This document shows positions 49,196-60,279 of a DNA stretch of 64,000 bases, in pieces (positions within the stretch are counted from its first letter, which is position 1; each line of letters begins with the position of its first letter). Below the pieces are notes generated by a model. It was not told the DNA's origin. It searched no databases and was given only the letters and a program-made list of their open reading frames with translations. Both the position numbers and the translations under genes were made by a program. Origin of the DNA: Ignavibacteriota bacterium (GTDB lineage: Bacteria; Bacteroidota; Ignavibacteria; UBA10030); the NCBI GenBank assembly GCA_963833465.1, contig CAWHXW010000002.1, positions 195,393-259,392 on the forward strand. The letters run 5' to 3'.

Positions 49196-52100
49196 TTATT
49201 CAAAATTTGAATTTTGGCAGAAAACCATTGCGGCTTTTCTGGTTTTAAAAATACCAAGATAGACACGAAATCGCAGACCTAATGATGGAATATGAGCAGA
49301 TTTTGTGAACGGCTTAAGTCCTGGGAAGACCTCAGCTCTCTTCACAATTTGCATTGCTTTTGATTTCGTAACCCAAGAAGAAATCTGAAGAACATATCCC
49401 TTTTTCTCTAAATTGTAAGTCACTATGCATGGTTTTTCATCACCGGTTATTTGTGAAAGCGGTACTACTTTCTTTTTAACTATCGCAGATTTTTCATCAT
49501 TAGTTACAAGTGGAAGCGGTATAACCTTCTCTTTAACTATTGCAGGATTTTCTAAAGGAACAGTTTTTTGTTCACTCAATTTTAGAGGCCCAGCCGAAGT
49601 GTCGCTTCGGAGGGAATGAAGCACGAATTCGAGTCCGTCAACTACATCACCATCCTTATTTTTTAAAATATTTACCGGCAATGCTATTGGTGAAGAAGTC
49701 ATTTCTAATCTGTGCAACTGAGCCGCATCAATTTTGACGATATACGAACCAGGCGACAAACCAAGATAATTGAAATAACCATCCGACTCCGTAAGCGTGC
49801 TCGCAACAAGACTTGAATCATCTTTGCGGTAAAATCGTACAATAATGCGTCCCTGCCCTTTTTTGCCATCGTTTTCGCTAAGATATACTGTTCCTGAAAC
49901 TTCGCCAACTATAGCAATAGGAATCTCTATCAATTTGAATTGATCGGGATCGACGATAACATTTATTGTTTGCTTCTTTATCTGCCAACTAATATTATCA
50001 AAACTATTACGATCAAGTTCAATCGTGTAGGTAATATAAGGTTCTAAATCGAATATGCGTATCGTAGTATCTCGATCGTCACGTTCTACACGGCCGCCGT
50101 TTATACTAAATTTAAGACCAGCAGCTTTTGGCTCATCTTTATCACGCACACCGTTGCAATTAAGATCGAGAAAAGGAACTATGACGATTCCCCCTTTGCC
50201 TACACTTGGTCGATTATCTGTACCAAGGTAATTTGTTTTTCCATCCAACATCAAACTTCCAGAGGCAGATTGAATAAAGTTGGTCGTATTGTAGTCGCGC
50301 CTGACCGATGCATTAGTTTGTGCAGAAGGAAATTCATAGCGCAGTCCAACCTGATAAATGTTAACGTTGTTAATGAAGTCCTTTTCATAAATTATATTTA
50401 GATAGCCATGATCGAATATTTTTTTTTCAAATTCACATTTTGCAAAAACAAACTCTTTTTGATTATAATTATATTGCATTTGAGGTGTAACAATTAATCC
50501 AGCAGGGAGTCTGAAAGACAGCGAAAGATTGCTGTAGACGTACGGAGGAGATTGATCTACATACATTGCATAGGTAGTGGAATTAATGCTTACACCAAAA
50601 ATAGAACCGGACAGCAATAAATCAGATGTCGTGTATTCCGTTGCAGGCATAATAATTTGATTGATAGAAAGCCGAGAATATATTGTGCAATTCCCGAAAC
50701 CAACAGGCATAGATATTACAGCTTTACGATCTTCAAGAAAATTGTTATTTATTGCTTTTTGATCTTTATTATAAATAGAATAATTGACTTCAAACTGTAA
50801 GTTTGAAGGCAAGCGGCAATTGAGTACACCGTTTGACATTACACCATTTATATATTCTCCGGACAAAAGTATGCCGGAAGCAGGACTTAACGAAGCATTT
50901 AAAAAAGGCATACTTTTCCCTGAAGTGACTGAAGAAAAATATTCGACTCCGCTGCCGACTGTAATATGCCTATCCACACCATAATTGAAATTGGCGCGCG
51001 AAAACAGATTATTGCTTCCATCTTCCACAGTTCCTGAACTCACGGTATATTCAAATTCTTTTGGCGGTAAAAAATTAAATGGTATTGTTATTCTTTGTAT
51101 TTTTGTGCGCTCTTCTCCCCAAGGACCGTAAAAACGTAGTTTGATATCTGAATTACCATAAACAAGAGGAACTTCGAAAGAAAAAAAACCGGAAGCATCG
51201 GCTTTAACATAATCCACCAACACATTATTAACATAGAGCTCCACTATCCAATTCGGTTCTGTGTAGTCGCTCAAAGTGTAGGAACCAAACGATTGCCTGT
51301 AAGTTGTCGGCGCATTTGTTATTTGCGCTCCAAATACAGGTGCATAAATAGATGAGATCGACTGCGTCGAGATATTTCCTGCCATTATTTGTCGATAGGC
51401 ATTATTATCATTGTTGACATAACGCCATTGGAAATATTGTTCTCTATCGGCAAAAGGTTCGTTGTTATCGTAATTGATTAAAACTTTCGTTTCTCCTCCT
51501 GCTAGAATCGCTCCGAGCCCCATAGTAATTCTATCATCATTCTTGCCCTGTGGTTGCTCCATCGCATTGACCGACCAATCTGCTGTTCCAAAATGAAAAA
51601 ATGGATAATCTCTTCCAATTACGGTATCGGCTTTTGTTTCTCCTTTGAGACGGCTGATGTTTTTACGCATTATTTCCTGGCGCATTTCTCGAATTGCAGG
51701 CAATTCTAGTTTTGTATTCAATACTACTGAAAGACTGCGGAAATTAAATGAACAATACAAACCAAATACTTCGCCAAAATAATCCGATTTCAAGTAAAGA
51801 TTGGTTTCTGTTCGGATTAGATCATTTGGTTTCAGATCAAATACTTTTTCTTGAAATAAAATTTGTTTGTGCACCCTATCAATAAGATAAGTTGCCTCTC
51901 TATCAATAAAAAAACCAGAGACTGTATCAAATCCCTTTGAAGGATTGTTTTTGATTTTTAAAAAATCAAAAACATCTGTAATAGAAAGAAATATACTATC
52001 GCCGCGGATGACAGCCGGAATCTCTGCTATTCCTATGCCTTGCACATAGAAAGAAACTGATATTTCATCATATTCGGATTCTTTCTGAGCATAACTTGGC

Positions 52101-52201
52101 ACTGGCAGTAATACAGCACACAACAGAATACCGAACACAATCCGCCAAATGGTAGCTCTTTGTATTTGAATATCTATCGTGAAATGCAAGCTGATTTCCA
52201 C
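49196..52201 (-). CDS. usher-like outer-membrane protein with CarboxypepD_reg-like and C-terminal SPOR-like domains
   Basis: It has a GTG start and a signal peptide ending SYAQ. An usher-like middle motif is present (WIVELYVNNVLVDYVKADASGFFSFEVPLVYGNSDIKLRFYGPWGEE), flanked by long beta-rich Y/F/N/S sequence. The stretch GEVSGTVYLSENDGKKGQGRIIVRFY...GSYIVKI looks like a regulatory beta-sandwich. The last ~75 aa are SPOR-like (GYVLQISSWVTKSKAMQ...RVYLGIFKTRKAA). Confidence 0.5.
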   Translation of the reverse strand: MEISLHFTIDIQIQRATIWRIVFGILLCAVLLPVPSYAQKESEYDEISVSFYVQGIGIAEIPAVIRGDSIFLSITDVFDFLKIKNNPSKGFDTVSGFFIDREATYLIDRVHKQILFQEKVFDLKPNDLIRTETNLYLKSDYFGEVFGLYCSFNFRSLSVVLNTKLELPAIREMRQEIMRKNISRLKGETKADTVIGRDYPFFHFGTADWSVNAMEQPQGKNDDRITMGLGAILAGGETKVLINYDNNEPFADREQYFQWRYVNNDNNAYRQIMAGNISTQSISSIYAPVFGAQITNAPTTYRQSFGSYTLSDYTEPNWIVELYVNNVLVDYVKADASGFFSFEVPLVYGNSDIKLRFYGPWGEERTKIQRITIPFNFLPPKEFEYTVSSGTVEDGSNNLFSRANFNYGVDRHITVGSGVEYFSSVTSGKSMPFLNASLSPASGILLSGEYINGVMSNGVLNCRLPSNLQFEVNYSIYNKDQKAINNNFLEDRKAVISMPVGFGNCTIYSRLSINQIIMPATEYTTSDLLLSGSIFGVSINSTTYAMYVDQSPPYVYSNLSLSFRLPAGLIVTPQMQYNYNQKEFVFAKCEFEKKIFDHGYLNIIYEKDFINNVNIYQVGLRYEFPSAQTNASVRRDYNTTNFIQSASGSLMLDGKTNYLGTDNRPSVGKGGIVIVPFLDLNCNGVRDKDEPKAAGLKFSINGGRVERDDRDTTIRIFDLEPYITYTIELDRNSFDNISWQIKKQTINVIVDPDQFKLIEIPIAIVGEVSGTVYLSENDGKKGQGRIIVRFYRKDDSSLVASTLTESDGYFNYLGLSPGSYIVKIDAAQLHRLEMTSSPIALPVNILKNKDGDVVDGLEFVLHSLRSDTSAGPLKLSEQKTVPLENPAIVKEKVIPLPLVTNDEKSAIVKKKVVPLSQITGDEKPCIVTYNLEKKGYVLQISSWVTKSKAMQIVKRAEVFPGLKPFTKSAHIPSLGLRFRVYLGIFKTRKAAMVFCQNSNFE
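49433..49546 (-). repeat. two imperfect 57-bp (19-aa) tandem repeats encoding the linker before the SPOR-like domain
   Basis: TTTTTCATCACCGG...CGCAGA (from 49433) is repeated as TTTTTCATCATTAG...GCAGGA (from 49490). The peptide is KEKVIPLPLVTNDEKSAIV / KKKVVPLSQITGDEKPCIV. Confidence 0.7.
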
Positions 52202-52265
52202 TTATTGTTCTTCACAAAGTTTCACGATTTCTTTGCTTTGTTTAAAAATGAATATTCTTTCTTGC

Positions 52266-52754
52266 TTATTGTTGAACAAATGTTATTTGAAATGAACCGC
52301 TATAATCGCCGGGCAGATTAGCTGCAGGAAAACCCACAGTCAACGTTCCACCAATATATACATGATTAGGTGATGTGCGTGGTTGTGTCGTGATGAATGG
52401 TGAACCAGTACTGGAGGTACCGATATGAAGCGTCATCGTACCACCATTACTTCCGTTTAATGTTGCGTCAGAACCGTTCACTATGGTAATAAGTGTACCA
52501 GGATTAGCGGTCACATCAAAAAGAGCCGGGGAAACTGAACCCCCGTTAAGAAGCACAATATTGCCTGTCCATGAACGCGCTCCACTAGACGAAACGCTCA
52601 CGGTTCCGCCCAAATCACCCTCAGCAAAATAACCAAAACTCAGATTTTGAGAAGTAATCACAGTAACAGTTATAGGCCGAGGCGGCATTTCCTGTGCATT
52701 GATAGAAACATAAACCAAAAGTAAAAATATACTTCCATATAAAAGATGCTTCAT
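52266..52754 (-). CDS. DUF4402-like small secreted pilin candidate (third paralogue)
   Basis: It has a signal peptide ending NAQ, a LSFGYF segment, and the C-terminus GDYSGSFQITFVQQ, which fits the pilin F-strand pattern G-x-Y...aromatic. I prefer the start at M11 (52754) over 52784. Confidence 0.55.
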   Translation of the reverse strand: MKHLLYGSIFLLLVYVSINAQEMPPRPITVTVITSQNLSFGYFAEGDLGGTVSVSSSGARSWTGNIVLLNGGSVSPALFDVTANPGTLITIVNGSDATLNGSNGGTMTLHIGTSSTGSPFITTQPRTSPNHVYIGGTLTVGFPAANLPGDYSGSFQITFVQQ

Positions 52755-55700
52755 CGATAAATATAGTATGCTATTATTTATCATTAGTTTTGTATTAATA
52801 TTTCTTAGCGCTGTAATCTATAATATTATTTAAGCAACATTAATTTTTTTGTTTCTGAAAAATTTCCAGCTTGCAATCTATAAAAATAGACACCGCTTGA
52901 GAGTTTATTCCCGTCAAATTGTAATTCATAAGAACCGGATAATTTTTCCTCGTTAACAAGTTTTGATACTTCTTTTCCAAGTATATTGTAAACCGTTATA
53001 TTTACAAAGCTTGTCTGTGGAATTGAATATTTTATTGTGGTACATGGATTGAATGGATTAGGATAATTCTGTGACAAAGAAAATTTTGCTGGAATATCTT
53101 TTGGCATAGAAGTTATGATAGTCCGAGAGAAAGCTAAAGAAAATCGAGTTTCATACTCGCCTGCAAGTAAAAAGATGCGGTACTGCGGATTTAATTTTAT
53201 ATACTGGTTAATACCTCCTGCAGCATCTACTAGATAAATATAAATACCGGCTGGAATCTGTTCAACGTCTCTTGCGTCGAAAGTTATCCATCCATCTTTT
53301 GCTGTTCGGAGGCCAAGCGGAATTATATCTATACTATTAGACGGGAAAGGTACGGCATTTATCGAAAGTTTTTTTGTATCAGGAGTCATTGAATATAAAT
53401 TGGGAACAAGCGTATCTGTATTCATCAGCTTCAATGCATCAAGATCCTTATCGAATAACTGTGTGGCTGAGCTGTCAAAATAAATTACAGCAGGGTCAGA
53501 TGGCGTTCCGTTGTCCACAAAACCGGCAGTAATTCTTAATAAAGGAAATGTATTTCCAACTATAGATTTTAGAAAACCATGAGTTTGATCATTTACTCGT
53601 ACACTATTTGTAACTGCGAGAGTTCCCGTCACCGGATATGTTCCATTAGTAACATGAACAAAAAATCCTTGCATGGAAGGAATAATATTTGTTGCTAACC
53701 CATCACTTGAAACACCATTTATATAAGTGCTATATGTACCGGTATACTGGTCGGTAGCACCTGCTTTGAAGTAATATAATGCGTTATCAATATTCGTCTT
53801 TGTCCATCCACTAGCTGCATTCCAATCGATAGCCGAAGGATACGGGTTGCCTACAAAATTGACTCCCTGTGTGTATGTCTGATTATGATTATATAAAGTG
53901 ATAGACATAGCACCATTGTTCACCACACCTGTGATATTCACTGTTACTGGATTGGAAGAAGAACCAAAGTTTGCAGCATAACCCTGCATTGGATTTAATG
54001 GATTTATAGCCGTTGTATAATTTACCCATCCGGAAATAGGCTGACTATTATTTTGATTGTTTTCGTTATATGCATAGAATGTCGGAAAGGTAGCCGTTAA
54101 ATCTACGTAACTTGAAAATCCATTTACTGTTAATGACTGGAATGGCGAACTGACATATTTGTAACCAAATGCAGAAGGAAGATACCGCTGCATTGTAACA
54201 TTTCCAGTAACCGATCCTGTGCTGCTGCCATCAATCAAAGATGTTTGTGTTGCTGTAGATAGAAGTGTAAGGTTTCCATTCGTGTTTAGCGGTCCATTGC
54301 AAAGCAGGATTCCGCTCAATGACATCATCTGATTATTTAAAATGAGAGTGTTCGTCCTGTTAATCGTCAAATTATTTATGGACGGTGCTGTAGTAAAAGT
54401 ACCATTAGGTATTGTAAAAGCATTGCCTCCAGTATTTCCTGAAGTGCCAAAAAATAAATTCGAACTTGCAGTTGTTGTTATTGTGCCCGAGCCTACGCTG
54501 ATTGGAGTGTTCGAAGTCTGGAACGCAAGTGTATTTGAGCCAACCGAGAGAGCTCCGCTTGTCAACGTAAGTGTACCCGCAACAGTAATAGAATTTATCG
54601 AAAGTCCAGCGCTGTTATTTAGAGATAAATTATTAAAAGTTGTTGAACTGCTTCCGCTTATTGTTTGAGCGCTTGCACCATTAAAGGTGACAGTACCACT
54701 ATTATGAGTAAATGTTCCGCTATTTGAAAAATTACCTACCAGACTCATAGTGCCTGAAGTTGAAGTGAGTGTTCCAGCACTAATTGATAAAGCGTTCAGA
54801 GTTATTGCATTATTGCCAAAACTCAATGTACCTGATCCGGCTTTCGTTAAGCTTTTTGCATTGTCGTTGATTATACCTCCTATTGTAAGTGAACCAGCAT
54901 TCACAGTGATCTGCCGATTTAAATTCAATGATACTGCACCGGAACCTAAATTAAGATTCCATGGTATAGTACCGCTATAAGTGAAATCTGCATTTAGTGC
55001 TAACTGGTAATTGAGAGTAGTAATGTTTGCACCGCTTGTATTATCAATTGTCCCGCCTGCAATAGTAAATGTTCCTGCAGTTGTGCCCAGCGCATTAGAA
55101 TTATTTATATTAAGAGTTCCGGCATTCAAAGTAGTGCCGCCTGTATAAGTATTGGCGAAATTCATGGTAAGCGCACCACTATTCTGTTTTGTAATATTAG
55201 TAGTACCCGTTCCATTACTTATTGCAACGGTGCTTTGCGTTACCGACCCAATATTGTTAAATGAAATAGTATTAGTTCCAGCAACACCACCTGTTATACC
55301 ACCTGAAATAGTGAGAGCATTTGTACCTGTAGTCGCTACTTGTGTTATTGATAATGGCTGACTAAATGTAATAAGTCCGCTGAATGTTGAAGCATTAGCC
55401 GTATTTCCGCCAATACTATATCCACCTGAATTTGAATTATTTGAAACTGTTACTGTTCGTGCAACTGTGAAAGCTCCTCCTGTTAACAAAGCAACTGCAT
55501 TGTTGCTTGTGTTTCCATCACCAAGCGTTATTGCTGATGTAGCATTCCCAAATGCTCCAGCAGAACCACTTGGTGCATTTGCTCCAGCTATCAGCATACC
55601 TTGACTCACAGTCGTGGTACCAGTATAAGTATTTGTTCCACTCAAAATCAATGTACCTGTGCCCGTCTTAATAATGTTGCCTGCGGTTGCAGCACCTATT

Positions 55701-56724
55701 ACACCTGCATAAGCAGCTGGATTTGTATTATCACTTCCAATGGTCAAAGTTGCTGTACCCAGTGTTACATTACCACCAGTTGTACCACCACCAGTAAGTG
55801 AACCAATGGTATTATTATATCCTGTTATATTTAAAGCGGCTCCAGTATAGTTTCCCATTATTACTGCGGAATTACTTCCAAAAGCATTTGTTATTACACC
55901 TGCCTGTAATGTACCACCATTAACAGTAGTTGAACCTGTATATGTATTGGCAAAATTAAAATTGGTCGTTCCCGTATTTTGTTTGATGATTGCGGTTATT
56001 CCTGTACCATTACTTATTGCAGCGGTATTGACTGTAACTGTACCTACATTATTAAAAGTCACGGTATTCGTCCCAGCAACACCACCTGTTATTCCTCCTG
56101 AAATAGTTAAAGTTCCTCCTGTTATTTGTGTAACTGATAATGGCTGACTAAATGTAATTAATCCGCTATATGTTGAAGCATTAGCCGTGTTTCCGCCAAT
56201 ACTATATCCACCTGAATTTGAATTATTTGAGACTGTTACTGTTCGTGCAACTGTGAAAGCTCCTCCTGTTAACAAAGCAACTGCATTATTGTTTGTGTTT
56301 CCATCACCAAGCGTTATTGCTGATGTAGCATTCCCAAATGCTCCAGCAGCTCCACTGGGAGCATTTGCTCCAGCTATCAATGTTCCCTGGCTGACCGTCG
56401 TAGTACCAGTATAGGTACTGTTTCCTGAAAGAGTCCATGTGCCAGTTCCAATCTTTGTAAGATTGCGGGCACCTGCAATTACGGTTGAGATACTGCCGCC
56501 TGCAGAACCTCCCAAAGTGATATTAGTAGTCCCACTTGCTGGCGTCCCTGTTATAGCAATAGTGCCACCATCACCCACTACGCTTGCATCGGCAGCGAAA
56601 GTAATCACACCACTATAGGTTGCTGCAGTTGAAGAACTATTTATCAAAGCGCCGCCGCCGGATGGACCTGTCCCACTGATTGAAAGCGCTTCCGCATAAG
56701 TTGTATAAGTTTGTCCGTTAAGAT

Positions 56725-57420
56725 CAAGTGCGGCTCCACTTGATACCGTAGTTCCCGTTGCAGCCGTGCCTAAAGAAGATGTGCTCCCAAGTTTGAGAGT
56801 TCCAGTGCTTACAGTTATTGCCGCTGTAGATGTATTAGCGCCTATCTGCACTGTTCCACTACTAACTATGGTTAAAGCATAATTGCCCGACGTAGCTCCG
56901 GAGATTGTTATGTTTCCTGTTCCACCAATACTACTTGCACTTCCCAAGGCAACTGTTCCAGTCCAGGTCGCTGCAGTCGAAGAACTGTTTATCAAAGCAC
57001 CGGCGGCGGAAATACCTGTCCCATTTAACGTCAGCCCTTCGGCTATACTTAAACTAATACCATTGAGATCAAGCGCGGCACCACTTGATACCGTAGTTCC
57101 AGCCGCAGTCGTACCTAAAGAAGATGTACTGCCAAGTTGGAAAATTCCGGCACTGACAGTTATTGCCGCTGTCGAGCTATTAGTACCTATCTGCAGCGTT
57201 CCACTGCCGACCTTAGTCAAAGCATAATTGCCCGACGTAGCTCCGGAGATTGTTATGTTTCCTGTTCCACCAATACTACTTGCACTTCCCAAGGCAACTG
57301 TTCCAGTCCAGGTCGCTGCAGTCGAAGAACTGTTTATCAAAGCACCGGCGGCGGAAATACCTGTCCCATTTAACGTCAGCCCTTCGGCTATACTTAAACT
57401 AATCCCGTTCAGATCGAGTG
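56725..57420 (-). repeat. about two copies of a 345-bp (115-aa) near-identical tandem repeat inside the adhesin
   Basis: The sequence from 56881 recurs from 57226, an offset of 345 by hand count. The peptide ALDLNGISLSIAEGLTLNGTGISAAGALINSSSTAATWTG... is duplicated. Confidence 0.8.
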
Positions 57421-57854
57421 CTGCGTTAGTGGCAGAAACTGTTGTTCCACCTCCGGTTGTACCTAATGGAGTATTCGTGCCATTTCCCCCTGCACCAAGC
57501 TGTATAGTTCCAGCACTGATTGTAGTGCTGCCACTATATGTACTCGCTCCAGAAAGAATTAATGTACCACTACCTGCCTTAGTAATACCTACAGATGTTG
57601 CACTGCCATTTTGGATAATACCAGAAAAGGTTGTACTTGTATTATCGCTACCTGCTGTAATCGTCAAAGTGCCTGCCGCTGAACTTGTAACAGTACCTGA
57701 CCCGGAAAGTGATCCAACTGTAGGACTGTATCCAGCCAAGTCATAAGTAGCATTATCCACAAGTGCACTCAAATTAGTTTCTGCACGACTAAGCTTGATG
57801 GTTCCCGAACTGATAGTCGTAGTGCCAGTGTATGTATTGGCTTGACTCAGGGTT

Positions 57855-59157
57855 AATGTACCTGTGCCGCTATAGGTAATGGCACCTGTTCCTGACCAAA
57901 CACCTGTCTGAATTACATTTCCATTACCGTTATATACGCCTGCAAAATTTCCACTGGATGCAGCAATACTTAATTGAGTAACTCCTCCATTTGTCGGGTT
58001 GGTTACTGTCATAGTACTTGTGCTCGCCGTTTTAGTTAAAGCTCCAAATGTTACACCTGCTGTTCCGCTTGTAACATTAGTACCTCCGACTATTGTCAAT
58101 GTAAATGCACCTATAGATATTGTGCCAAGTGTGTAAATATTCCCAGTTCCACTCAACGTTACATCGGAAATGATTTGTGAGTTAACATTAACTGTAGTAT
58201 TCCGCCCAAAGCTCAATGGATTACCAGCAGTATTGGTCAAATAAAGTGTCCCTCCTGAAAGCGTCAATGCCCCTGCACCAAGTGCTGCGGCATTTGCTGT
58301 GCCCACTACCGTTCCATTGCTTACCGTTAATGCTCCGGAAAATGTGTTCGCCTGATTCAATGTCAATGTACCTGTGCCGCTATAGGTAATGGCACCTGTT
58401 CCTGACCAAACACTTGTCTGAATTACATTTCCATTACCGTTATATACGCCTGCAAAATTTCCACTGGATGCAGCAATACTTAATTGAGTAACTCCTCCAT
58501 TTGTCGGGTTGGTTACTGTCATAGTACTTGTGCTCGCCGTTTTAGTTAAAGCTCCAAATGTTACACCTGCTGTTCCGCTTGTAATATTAGTACCTCCGAC
58601 TATCGTCAATGTAAATGCACCTATAGATATTGTGCCAAGTGTGTAAATATTCCCAGTATTTCCACTACGTTACATCGGAAGTGATTTGTGAGTTAACATT
58701 AACTGTAGTATTCCGCCCAAAGCTCAATGGATTACCAGCAGTATTGGTCAAATAAAGTGTCCCTCCTGAAAGCGTCAATGCCCCTGCACCAAGTGCTGCG
58801 GCATTTGCTGTGCCCACTACCGTTCCATTGCTTACCGTTAATGCTCCGGAAAATGTGTTCGCCTGATTCAATGTCAATGTACCTGTGCCGCTATAGGTAA
58901 TGGCACCTGTTCCCGACCAAACACTTGTCTGAATTACATTTCCATTACCGTTATATACGCCTGCAAAATTTCCACTGGATGCAGCAATACTTAATTGAGT
59001 AACTCCTCCATTTGTCGGGTTTGTTACTGTCATAGTACTTGTGCTCGCCGTTTTAGTTAAAGCTCCAAATGTTACACCTGCTGTTCCGCTTGTAATATTA
59101 GTACCTCCGACTATCGTCAATGTATATGCACCTATAGATATTGTGCCAAGTGTGTAT
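57855..59157 (-). repeat. about 2.5 copies of a 510-bp (170-aa) near-identical tandem repeat inside the adhesin
   Basis: TGCTCGCCGT recurs at 58021, 58531 and 59042, giving offsets of 510 and 511. The copies are almost base-identical. The extra base maps to the 58650-58667 frame break. Confidence 0.85.
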
Positions 59158-60279
59158 GTTATTCCAGCACCGGAGGACACTAGATCAGAAACAATTGTAG
59201 CTGCACCACCTACTGTAATATTATATGCATTTACACTTGTACCGGTTGCTAGATCCAATGTTCCACCATTTAGGGTTACCATACCTGAAGTACCAAGAGC
59301 AGCCAAGTTTGCTAAAGTAAGCGTGCCCGATGTCAAAGTCATTGTTCCACTAAATGTATTTGATCCTGAAAGAATTAAAACGCCAGAAGTTGTACTTGAA
59401 ACAGCTAAATTAGTAGCCGTTACAGTTCCAGTAATAGTAGCTGTACCAGAAGGCTTTTGAAAAAGTTAAATTTCCTGTGGTCGTGAAACTAGCGAGGGTT
59501 TGTGTTGTTGTTGTGCCTGTAATTGTTACACCGCCAGATCCGGGTGTAAATGTGCCGCTATTCGTAAAATTCCCATCTAGTGTTAAGAGAAAAGTCGAAG
59601 GATTTAATGTTGCACCGCTACTGATTGCAAGATTACCATTGATTGTTATTGCCACTCCCAACGTAGTTGTACCCGCAGAAATTGTTAGATTATTGAAATT
59701 AGTAAAAGTAGCATTTGGCAGAGTGTTGTTAGCACCTAGAACAACTGCGCCTGTTCCGTATGTAAAAGTCTTTGCACCAGTGCTAGCTCCATTTGTTATT
59801 GGTCCATTTACCGTCAATGTACCGCCATTTGTCATTGTTATCGTTGCGGTTTCATTGCCGGCAGTAGATCCCATCGCGAGACTATTACATGTCAAGCTTG
59901 ATCCACTTTCGAACGTAATTGTTCCATTGTCACCATTAGCAGCATATCCAACCGTAACAGATCCTGAAACTGTTACAGACGGGCTTCCAGAAGTAGCAAA
60001 TGCGAGTGTACCAGTACCAGCAGCAGTGCCCAAACTCAAAGAAGCACAAACTGCATTTGTGACGTCAACAGTAAGTGTAGCGCCAGTTCCTACGTTTATA
60101 ACATCTGAAGAGCTGGGCTGCCCTCCTGTCCCTGAACCTATGGTGATACTGCTCCAATTAGTATTAGTTGTGATTGTTATTGTCACAGCCATTGCCATTG
60201 TGCTAATGAGCACGACCATCGTTAGCAGAATGATCATATAAGGCAATATGTGAAAATTATTTTTCACCGTTTTTGATTA

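Larger units (their letters stand above)
52826..60267 (-). pseudogene. giant (~2480 aa) repeat adhesin with autotransporter-associated beta-strand (PATR-like) repeats and a T9SS C-terminal sorting domain; interrupted by two frame breaks
   Basis: Three ORFs (59410-60267, 58665-59342, 52826-58609) join into one reading frame if +1 breaks at about 59425-59440 and 58650-58667 are removed. The span of 7442 nt is 3n+2. The N-terminus has a signal peptide. There are dozens of GxGTLxLSGxNTYTGxTTVxxGTL-type repeats. The last ~85 aa (NYPNPFNPCTTIKYSIP...GVYFYRLQAGNFSETKKLMLLK) match the Por_Secre_tail pattern. Confidence 0.8.

Noticed and set aside
57855-59157. The regular direct repeats could superficially suggest a CRISPR-like array.
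   Set aside because: The repeat units are 510 bp, contiguous with no unique spacers, and lie inside one long reading frame.
54342-60241. Many long plus-strand ORFs lie opposite the adhesin (for example 54342-54668, 56883-57746, 59041-59460 and 59477-60241).
   Set aside because: They are antisense shadows of a highly repetitive Thr/Gly/Ser/Ala-rich gene. Their translations are low-complexity V/P/A/L strings with repeated identical N-termini that simply mirror the minus-strand repeats. They have no start context or motifs.
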